This document shows, in pieces, positions 38,575-49,211 of a DNA stretch of 64,000 bases. The DNA is from an uncultured Bacilli bacterium (lineage in GTDB: Bacteria > Bacillota_I > Bacilli_A > RFN20 > CAG-826): assembly GCA_944358985.1 (NCBI GenBank), contig CALVSI010000005.1, positions 418 to 64,417 of the forward strand. The letters run 5' to 3'. Below the pieces are notes generated by a model, which saw only the letters and a list, made by a program, of their open reading frames with translations, was not told the origin of the DNA and did not search any database. Each line of letters opens with the position of its first letter. The first letter of the stretch is position 1. Made by a program: the position numbers and the translations under genes.

Positions 38575-39613
38575 TTTTTTCTCTCCTTAGATAAAAACCA
38601 AGTTTGGTTTCCTCTTCATAAATTGATTTTAATCTTTCGCCTGTGTGTTTTAAAGAAGCATCTACCGCTAATTGATAAGCATCTGGAATTGTTGATTTTA
38701 TTTTACCCGCAAGACATTCTTTACATAATTCCACTAGTGTTTCACTAAATTTTGCAACATGCCCATTAACACCGTCGGCAACAAATCCATCGAGTATTTC
38801 TTGTTCTCTTATAATTAATTCACATTTTGCAGCCATGGCTTCTAAAAGAGATACTACGCCACAATAATGATAACAAGGCACCATAAATATTGAGGCATTC
38901 ATTAAAGCAGAACGATAGATATCATCGTGCACCACATCTTTAAAGTGAATGTTTTTTGGACTATTTTTTTCTAATTGTTTGATTTGATTTTTAACACTTA
39001 AAGCACTGCTTGCTTGACCAAAAAAATAAAAAATAGCATCGGGACAGTTTTTAGCGGCGTTAATAAATGCACTAATTCCATCAAGATAATCGTAATTACC
39101 AATCGCTACGACCAGCTTTTTTGTTTTGTCTTCTCGAAAGTAGCGATAAAACAATTCTTTCTCCACGCCATGATCGGAATCAAACCTAGATATATTTACA
39201 CCAGGAAGAACAACTTTTATTTTTGATGTAATATCGTTTCTTATTAAGAGTTGTTTTGCACTCTCTGTCGGAACCAAAACAACATTTGCATTATTTAAAA
39301 ATTTTATCGCTTTATTAGATAAAACATTTTTAATTTGCCCATCTTTATAGTCGAATTGGAAATAATTAGCGTAATTATCATTTTCACAAGATAACGCTGA
39401 AACAACAACACTTTTATTGTTTTCGATAGCGTCTTCTTGCAAATCAAAATCATCATAACTTATTAGATGAACTATATCATAGTCGTCATCTAAAACATCT
39501 GATGTGTAATCGATTTGTGCAATTTCAAGGGCTCCCTTGATTGTTTTTCTTAATCGGGAACCCTCAAAATTATCGTGTTTTTTGTTAGGGTCAAAGCAAA
39601 CCAGAATTTTCAT
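38567..39613 (-). CDS. GT-B glycosyltransferase (GT4-like), function unknown
   Basis: 348 aa. C-terminal EX7E-type region (GVVSLLEAMAAKCELIIRE). Starts 3 nt after the gyrA stop and overlaps the serS start by 8 nt. Confidence 0.75.
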   Translation of the reverse strand: MKILVCFDPNKKHDNFEGSRLRKTIKGALEIAQIDYTSDVLDDDYDIVHLISYDDFDLQEDAIENNKSVVVSALSCENDNYANYFQFDYKDGQIKNVLSNKAIKFLNNANVVLVPTESAKQLLIRNDITSKIKVVLPGVNISRFDSDHGVEKELFYRYFREDKTKKLVVAIGNYDYLDGISAFINAAKNCPDAIFYFFGQASSALSVKNQIKQLEKNSPKNIHFKDVVHDDIYRSALMNASIFMVPCYHYCGVVSLLEAMAAKCELIIREQEILDGFVADGVNGHVAKFSETLVELCKECLAGKIKSTIPDAYQLAVDASLKHTGERLKSIYEEETKLGFYLRREKND

Positions 39614-39616
39614 TCT

Positions 39617-42145
39617 TTACTCGCTTTCTTTAATTTGGGTATCTTCTTGATTTTGGTCTTCTGAAGATAAATTATCTTCCTCTTCTTCGACGTGATTGAC
39701 AATCGCGATTGAAGATACTCTTTGTTTGTCTTCAATACGAATAATTTTAACTCCTTGTGTGTTTCTGCCAGCAATTTTTATTTGTGCAAGCGGAGTTCTA
39801 ATAACGATGCCGTTTATTGTGACAACCATCAAATCTTCGTCTCCGTTAACCGCACGAACTGAAACAAGTTCGCCGATTTTGTCGTTTGATTTGATAGTGA
39901 TAACACCTTTTGCACCACGTGATGTTTGTCGATATTCACTAAATAAGGATAATTTTCCATATCCTCTATCGGTGATAGATAAAACATATTGTCCTTCTAA
40001 TGAGGTTGTGACACCAACACAATGGCTTCCATCAGAAATATTCATTCCTTTTACACCAGAAGCGGTTCTTCCCATTGGGCGAACTTCTTGTTCATTAAAT
40101 TTGACCATTTTTCCATTTGATGAAGCAATGCCAATGATGGTATTGCCATCTGTTAATTTAACATCTAAAAGCGTGTCGCCATCACGAAGTGTGATTGCAA
40201 TTTTACCATTTTGTCTAATGGATTCGAATTCTTTAACCGCTGTTCTTTTAACGATACCGTTTTTGCTAACAAAGAATAAATATCCGTTTTCTGCGTATTC
40301 ATCAGCTTGAATAATCGCTTTAACGTTTTCGTCTTTTTCAACGTTAATTAAATTAATAATTGGTAATCCTTTGCTATTTCTACCATATTCTGGAATTTTG
40401 TATCCTCTAACACGATAAACTTTACCTTTATCGGTAAAGAATAATAAATCGGTGTGAGTTTTTGTGTATAGCATAATATCAACAAGGTCATCTTCGTTCA
40501 TAGACATGCCTCTAACGCCTCTTCCACCACGATTTTGAGTTCTAAACGTATCGCTTGTTAAACGTTTAATATAGCCGTTTTTTGTTAGGGTAATGACTAT
40601 ATCTTCTTGTGGAATCAAATCTTCATCATCAATGGAAGATAAATCATCAGAAATTTCTGTTCTTCTTTCATCAGAGAATTTTTCTTTAATTTCTAATAAT
40701 TCTTTAACGACAACATCAATCATGTGTTGACGGCTTTCCAAAATGTAGTGATAGTTTTTAACGTTTTCATCAAGTTGGGCTTTTTCTTGTAACAATTTTT
40801 GTGTTTCTATACCGGTTAATCTTCTAAGTGCCATACCCATAATCGCTTGAACTTGAACATCAGATAATGCGAATTTTTCTTTTAATGCATTTGAAGCAGA
40901 TTCTGGGGTGTCGCTTGCTTTTATGATGTCTACTACTTCATCAATATTATCATGAGCAACAATCAATCCTTCAATAATATGAATTCTTGCTTCATCTTTG
41001 TTTAACAAAAATTGTGTTCTTCTTTGAATTACTTCAACTTGGAAATCCAAATATTCGCTTAGCATTTTTGTGATAGGCAAAATTTTTGGAACGCCATTGA
41101 CCAAGCAAAGCGTGATAATACCAAAACTAACTTGCAAATCACTATTTTTATAAAGTTGATTTAAAATAACTTCTGGAACAACATCTTTTCTTAACTCAAT
41201 AACAACTCGAATGCCTTCTTTGTTGGTTTCATCACGTATATCAGTAATACCATCAATTATCTTTTCGTGAACTAAATCCGCAATCTTTTCAATCATTTTA
41301 GCCTTGTTCACCTGATATGGTATTTCTGTAATAATTATTCGAGATTTGCCGTGTTCTATGTTTTCAATGCAGGCTTTTGAACGAATAACTATTGAACCTG
41401 AACCGGTACTATATGCTTCTCTTATACCGCCTCTTCCTAAAATAATTCCACCAGTTGGAAAATCTGGCCCTTTAATATAATTTGCCATAATTTCTTCTGG
41501 TGTAATTTCAGGATTTTTACTAACAGCGACAATGCCATCGATAACTTCTCCAAGGTTATGTGGTGGAATGTTTGTTGCCATACCAACCGCAATACCATTA
41601 GAACCATTAACTAGAAGATTTGGAAAACGCGATGGTAAAACACTTGGTTCTTGTTCGCTTCCATCATAGTTATCAACAAAATCAACAGTATTACAATTTA
41701 TATCTCTTACCATTTCCATGGCGAGTTTAGTCATTCTTGCTTCTGTATAACGCATTGCAGCGGCTTCTTCACCATCTACATCGCCAAAGTTACCATGTCC
41801 ATCAACAAGCGTATAACGCATTGAAAATGGTTGGGCTAATCTTACTAAAGTTTGATAAATTGCAGAATCGCCATGTGGGTGATATTTACCCATAACGTCG
41901 CCGACGATTCTAGCACATTTCTTAAATGGTGTGTTTGGAAACATGCCAGCCTCATTCATACCAAAAATAACGCGGCGGTGAACTGGTTTACACCCATCTC
42001 TAACATCTGGAATAGCACGCGAAACAATAACGCTCATCGCGTAGTCTAAAAAAGATGTTTGAACTTGTTCAACAATCGCGGTGTCTTTTAAACTAGGAAC
42101 AATACCTTCTTCAATTTCTTCTAATGTTTTATTTTCTTCTGACAT
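39617..42145 (-). CDS. gyrA: DNA gyrase subunit A
   Basis: 842 aa. Active-site region AAMRYTE, QRDR HPHGDSAIY, and a C-terminal beta-pinwheel with a GyrA-box-like QNRGGRGVRG. Confidence 0.97.
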   Translation of the reverse strand: MSEENKTLEEIEEGIVPSLKDTAIVEQVQTSFLDYAMSVIVSRAIPDVRDGCKPVHRRVIFGMNEAGMFPNTPFKKCARIVGDVMGKYHPHGDSAIYQTLVRLAQPFSMRYTLVDGHGNFGDVDGEEAAAMRYTEARMTKLAMEMVRDINCNTVDFVDNYDGSEQEPSVLPSRFPNLLVNGSNGIAVGMATNIPPHNLGEVIDGIVAVSKNPEITPEEIMANYIKGPDFPTGGIILGRGGIREAYSTGSGSIVIRSKACIENIEHGKSRIIITEIPYQVNKAKMIEKIADLVHEKIIDGITDIRDETNKEGIRVVIELRKDVVPEVILNQLYKNSDLQVSFGIITLCLVNGVPKILPITKMLSEYLDFQVEVIQRRTQFLLNKDEARIHIIEGLIVAHDNIDEVVDIIKASDTPESASNALKEKFALSDVQVQAIMGMALRRLTGIETQKLLQEKAQLDENVKNYHYILESRQHMIDVVVKELLEIKEKFSDERRTEISDDLSSIDDEDLIPQEDIVITLTKNGYIKRLTSDTFRTQNRGGRGVRGMSMNEDDLVDIMLYTKTHTDLLFFTDKGKVYRVRGYKIPEYGRNSKGLPIINLINVEKDENVKAIIQADEYAENGYLFFVSKNGIVKRTAVKEFESIRQNGKIAITLRDGDTLLDVKLTDGNTIIGIASSNGKMVKFNEQEVRPMGRTASGVKGMNISDGSHCVGVTTSLEGQYVLSITDRGYGKLSLFSEYRQTSRGAKGVITIKSNDKIGELVSVRAVNGDEDLMVVTINGIVIRTPLAQIKIAGRNTQGVKIIRIEDKQRVSSIAIVNHVEEEEDNLSSEDQNQEDTQIKESE

Positions 42146-42162
42146 TTCTAATTCCTCCTAGA

Positions 42163-45285
<3,123 letters not shown>

Positions 45286-45289
<4 letters not shown>

Positions 45290-45510
45290 CTTTTCAAAAC
45301 TATGTAAGTTTTACCATCCACGTCGACAAGCGTTTGAGGGTAAATTTTTCTCCCTCTTCTTGTTTCTAATTGCTTATCCACCAAAACTTGATTGTTATTT
45401 AAATATGCTTTGGCTTGCCCTCCGCTAGAAACAATAGAAAGTTTTTTTAATAATTGCTGTAGTTCAATATAATCACTTTCTATATAAACTTGGAGTGGGT
45501 TTTCTTGCAT
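45286..45510 (-). CDS. yaaA: S4-like RNA-binding protein YaaA
   Basis: 74 aa. SGGQAK...V.VDG..E.RRGRK pattern and the conserved dnaN-yaaA-recF position. Confidence 0.85.
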
Positions 45511-45542
45511 TTTTAAAACTTCCTAGTGGTATTATACAACTT

Positions 45543-45571
45543 AAAAATAAAAAAGAGAATATAATTCTCTT
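45543..45571 (-). terminator. rho-independent terminator after dnaN
   Basis: On the minus strand, an AAGAGAAT-TAT-ATTCTCTT hairpin followed by TTTTATTTTT, about 90 nt past the dnaN stop. Confidence 0.7.
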
Positions 45572-45659
45572 ATTTTATGTAAAAATATGCCCTTATTTCT
45601 TTCATAAAACGTATTTTAAGCGTTGTTTGAAGGAAAAAGGTATTTTTTATCGATAAATA

Positions 45660-46781
45660 TTAAAATGTTCTCATTGGCGTTATCACTTGAATAACCGAGT
45701 CATCCTTATCGTTTTTGACAACAAAAGGTTTCATTTCACCAACGAAAGCAAGAGTAACATCAACACTTCCAAGAGCACGAATCGCCGCTAAAACGAACTC
45801 GTTATTAAAACTAACTTCTAATCTTTGTCCTTCATAGCGGTATGATGATATTCTTTCACTTGCTGATCCGATTTGAGAAGACTTGGAAGAAACTTCAATA
45901 CCATCATCAGACATCGATAGATTAACAACATTTTCTCTTTCTATTGAAAGTAAAGACACTCTTTCAATGGCTTTTATCATTTCTTGTGCATTGACTTGCA
46001 AAACATAATTCAAATTTCTAGGAACAATATTTTTTGTATTAGGATAGTCTCCGCTTGATAGGCGAGTAGAAACAACTGTTTTCCCTAAAGAGAAAAGAAT
46101 TTTATTTTCGCTAACCGTCATATCGACCGTTTGAACATTATCTATTAAATGAGTCACTTCAACTAGCATTCTTGCACTGATGTTTGCAATAAATTCAACA
46201 CCTTGTTCGATGTTTAGTGTTTTTCTTGCCATTCTAGCTGAATCTGTTGCGGTTGCAGTTAATTTTCCGTCATGCGCTTCAAAATTAATCGTTGTTAAAA
46301 TTGGTCTTTGTTCTTTTGTTGAGGCCGCAAAAGCAGTTTGATCAATCATAGTAATAAAATCGGCACTATTTAAAGAAAGGAATTGTCCATCTGGTTCTAA
46401 ATCAATATCAGGATACTCATCGCTTCTAATACAATTTAACTTAAATTCAGATTTACCATCACCAATAATCGCAGTGGAAGAATCGATCACATCTAAAGAT
46501 AATTCTACTGAATCAACACGTCTAGCTATCTCGGTTAAAATTTTAGCATTTATTAAAGTTGTACCTTCTTTATAATTTCTAATTATTTCTTTTTGTTCGT
46601 CTTTATAAGGAATCATTGTTTTAATAGTTAGATTGTTATTAGATCCGGTTAAATATAACCCCGTTTCGTCTAAATCTATTTTAAAATTACTTAAGGCGGG
46701 TGTTACACTTTTAGACGCTATTGCTCGAGCAGTGATATTTAATCCTTTTAAGAATTCTTCTCGATTGATTGTAAATTTCAT
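45660..46781 (-). CDS. dnaN: DNA polymerase III beta sliding clamp
   Basis: 373 aa. MKFTINREEFLKGL start, three-domain length, directly downstream of dnaA. Confidence 0.96.
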   Translation of the reverse strand: MKFTINREEFLKGLNITARAIASKSVTPALSNFKIDLDETGLYLTGSNNNLTIKTMIPYKDEQKEIIRNYKEGTTLINAKILTEIARRVDSVELSLDVIDSSTAIIGDGKSEFKLNCIRSDEYPDIDLEPDGQFLSLNSADFITMIDQTAFAASTKEQRPILTTINFEAHDGKLTATATDSARMARKTLNIEQGVEFIANISARMLVEVTHLIDNVQTVDMTVSENKILFSLGKTVVSTRLSSGDYPNTKNIVPRNLNYVLQVNAQEMIKAIERVSLLSIERENVVNLSMSDDGIEVSSKSSQIGSASERISSYRYEGQRLEVSFNNEFVLAAIRALGSVDVTLAFVGEMKPFVVKNDKDDSVIQVITPMRTF

Positions 46782-46814
46782 AATTTTATTTCCTTTCTTT
46801 TTTACATATATTTA

Positions 46815-46850
46815 TAGTAGTATTATTATCCTTTGTGGAAATGTTGAAAA
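46815..46850. other. oriC module 2 in the dnaA-dnaN spacer: tandem DnaA boxes plus a trinucleotide repeat
   Basis: The plus strand reads TAGTAGTATTATTAT-cctt-TGTGGAAAT-GTTGAAAA. The 17-mer TGTGGAAATGTTGAAAA recurs exactly at 48464..48480. Confidence 0.65.
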
Positions 46851-46934
46851 TGCCTTTTTGTGACTATATTTTAACTCCTTTTATTTTATCATAGGCTCCT
46901 GTAATTTTATATATTTTATTTTTATAAAATAAAT

Positions 46935-48290
46935 TTATTCACTTTTTATACGACTTTTTAACTCTTTTATTGCTTGCTGTGTCATTACGTCAGTTTTCAA
47001 CATTTTTTCAACATTGCTAATGCCAGACATAACGGTGGTATGATCTCTATTACCGAAAGCTTGACCAATTTTTTTAAGTGGAGAGTCTAAAATATCCCTA
47101 ATTAAATACATAGCTATATGTCTTGCTAATGAAATTTGTCTATTGTGACTTTTTCCGGTCAAAACAAATGGTGTTAAGTTGTAATAATCCGATACCAAAG
47201 AAATAATTTTTTGTTCGTCTAATTCGTTTTGAATGTATTTTCCACCAGAAATTGTGGAAACTGCTTCAATGGTTAATTTTAAGTCAATTTGATTTGTTTG
47301 TTTTAATATAGCGTGATACACAAGTTTGTTTAAAGCACCTTCTAATTCACGAATATTTTTAGAAAATCTTTCTGCGAGAAGTCTTAAAGAATCTTCTTCA
47401 AAATTGAGTTCTTTTAAATCGCTTGAACTTATTTTTTTCTTTAAAATAGCAACACAAGTTTCTGGGTCTGGGTCATCTATTTTTACTGTTAGTCCACTAG
47501 AAAATCTTGTGACAAGTCTTTGTTCGATGTCTTTTAATTCTGATGGCTGTCTATCGCTAGTAATTACTATTTGTTTTTCTTCTTTTACCAAATCATTAAA
47601 AACATAATAAAATAGTTCCTGGGTTTTCTTTTTTTCTGTTAAAAACTGTATGTCATCAATTAAAAAAGCATCAACTGTTTTGCAATAATCTCTTAAAGAA
47701 GTGGTGTCTTTACCATTTGATAAATTTTTGACAAATTCATTAAAGAAATCATCGCTTGTGATGCAGACAACTTTCGCACCAGGTCTATTCTTTTTTATAT
47801 AATTACCTATCGCGTGTAATAAATGAGTTTTTCCAAGTCCTGATTCTGAATGTATAAATAGTGGATTAAAAACTTTCCCAGGATCAGAAGCTATCATTAA
47901 AGCTGCTTGAGCAGCGGATCTATTAAATGTTCCTATAACAAAATTATCAAATGTTGAATTGGGGTTGGTATAAGAAGTTTTAAATATTTCTTCTTGTTTT
48001 TGTGGCGTTTTTGAATTCTTTTTTTCTTCGTCTTTTGTTATAAAATTTAATTTAAAATTTGATTCTGTAACTTCTAAGACAATCTCGTTTAGCAAAGAAT
48101 AATATTTTGTATTGCAAAGTTGAACCGCTAAAGAAGTATTGACAACAACAATTATTGTATCGTTTGATATTTCACTAATATAAGAGCCGTCGAAAAAAGT
48201 ATCATACATATTCTTGTCGACGATACGTTGTTTTAATTTTTCTAAAACACGATCCCACAATCTAATAGTTTCACTTACTGATAAGTTCAT
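46935..48290 (-). CDS. dnaA: chromosomal replication initiator protein DnaA
   Basis: 451 aa. AAA+ Walker A SGLGKTHLL, Walker B FLIDDIQF, C-terminal box-binding domain (ARHIAMYL, DHTTVMSG). Confidence 0.97.
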   Translation of the reverse strand: MNLSVSETIRLWDRVLEKLKQRIVDKNMYDTFFDGSYISEISNDTIIVVVNTSLAVQLCNTKYYSLLNEIVLEVTESNFKLNFITKDEEKKNSKTPQKQEEIFKTSYTNPNSTFDNFVIGTFNRSAAQAALMIASDPGKVFNPLFIHSESGLGKTHLLHAIGNYIKKNRPGAKVVCITSDDFFNEFVKNLSNGKDTTSLRDYCKTVDAFLIDDIQFLTEKKKTQELFYYVFNDLVKEEKQIVITSDRQPSELKDIEQRLVTRFSSGLTVKIDDPDPETCVAILKKKISSSDLKELNFEEDSLRLLAERFSKNIRELEGALNKLVYHAILKQTNQIDLKLTIEAVSTISGGKYIQNELDEQKIISLVSDYYNLTPFVLTGKSHNRQISLARHIAMYLIRDILDSPLKKIGQAFGNRDHTTVMSGISNVEKMLKTDVMTQQAIKELKSRIKSE

Positions 48291-48312
48291 AATTTACGTG
48301 TCAATTATAACG

Positions 48313-48481
48313 TTTTCCACATATAGTGTAAACACAAAATAGTAAAAAAATATTTTTTTCCACAAAATAGTCAATTTATACATTCAAATAACTAAAAAAA
48401 TCCACTTTTCCACTTTTCAACATGTGGAAAACATTGTGGAAAACTAATATGTTGAAAACAAAGTGTGGAAATGTTGAAAAC
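48313..48481. other. oriC module 1: DnaA-box cluster in the dnaA-rpmH spacer
   Basis: TTTTCCACA at 48313 and 48356. TTTTCCACT at 48406. TGTGGAAAA at 48423 and 48435, 12 nt apart. TGTGGAAAT at 48464 followed by GTTGAAAA. Each has 1-2 mismatches to TTATCCACA. The region is AT-rich and gene orientation diverges here. Confidence 0.85.
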
Positions 48482-48655
48482 TCAAATACAACATTTTCAA
48501 GATTTGTTGCATAATAGTTATTTTATAACTAAAACATACATACTCGTCACAAAGCCAATTTTTAAACAGATGTTGAAAAAACAATTTTACCCAAATAATT
48601 CTTTTCAATTTTATAGAAATGTTATAAAAATTTTACCTTTTATTTAATTATTAAT

Positions 48656-48685
48656 TTGACAATCACACACGTATGCACGTATAAT
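48656..48685 (+). promoter_or_regulatory. consensus sigma-A type promoter of rpmH-rnpA-yidC-jag
   Basis: TTGACA (48656..48661), an 18-nt spacer, then TATAAT (48680..48685). SD AGAAAGG precedes the rpmH ATG. Confidence 0.8.
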
Positions 48686-48718
48686 GCAAAGTGCTATACA
48701 ATTAGAAAGGGTATATTT

Positions 48719-48853
48719 ATGAAAAGAACTTATCAACCAAGTAAAATCAAACACGCTCACAAAGCCGGATTTAGAGCAAAAATGAAAACAGCCGGAGGAC
48801 GCAAAGTTTTAGCAAGACGTCGTGCTAAAGGAAGAAAAAAATTAACTGCTTAA
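48719..48853 (+). CDS. rpmH: 50S ribosomal protein L34
   Basis: 44 aa. [44 protein letters not shown] is canonical L34. The track ORF starts 21 codons too early. Confidence 0.97.
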   Translation: MKRTYQPSKIKHAHKAGFRAKMKTAGGRKVLARRRAKGRKKLTA

Positions 48854-48869
48854 TTTAAAAGGAAACGTA

Positions 48870-49211
48870 GTGAAAAAAGACTATCGAATTAAAAACAATA
48901 TTAGATTTGGTGAAGTCGTTCACCAAGGAAAATGCAAAAAAAACAATTCTTATACAATTCATTTTTTGAAAAATGATATCAAAAATATTAGAGTGGGAAT
49001 TTCGGTAAGTAAAAAAATCGGAAAAGCCGTGGTAAGAAACAAGATAAAACGTCAAGTTCGTTCAATGTGTGATAAACTTATCGATTTCCAAAGCAACTCT
49101 TTCGATATTGTTATTGTGATTAGAAAAAATTATTTAGATAAAACTTTTAATGATAATTGCTTAATTTTATCAGAGTTGCTGAATACTATTTGGAGAACAA
49201 TTAATGAATAA
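48870..49211 (+). CDS. rnpA: ribonuclease P protein component
   Basis: 113 aa with a GTG start. The RNR-like motif KAVVRNKIKRQVR and the position after rpmH. Confidence 0.92.
   Translation: MKKDYRIKNNIRFGEVVHQGKCKKNNSYTIHFLKNDIKNIRVGISVSKKIGKAVVRNKIKRQVRSMCDKLIDFQSNSFDIVIVIRKNYLDKTFNDNCLILSELLNTIWRTINE

Noticed and set aside
39696-40310. 204-aa ORF on the plus strand inside gyrA.
   Set aside because: It is antisense to a strongly conserved gene and has low-complexity Ser/Thr/Pro/Ile-rich composition. It has no SD or promoter. It is a typical shadow ORF of a relatively GC-rich, codon-biased gene.
48465-48647. 60-aa plus-strand ORF in the dnaA-rpmH spacer.
   Set aside because: It begins inside a DnaA box, has no SD, and has AT-driven Lys/Phe/Ile/Asn composition. 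The region is better explained as oriC.
48855-49055. 66-aa minus-strand ORF overlapping rnpA.
   Set aside because: It is antisense to a recognisable RNase P protein gene and has no translation signals.
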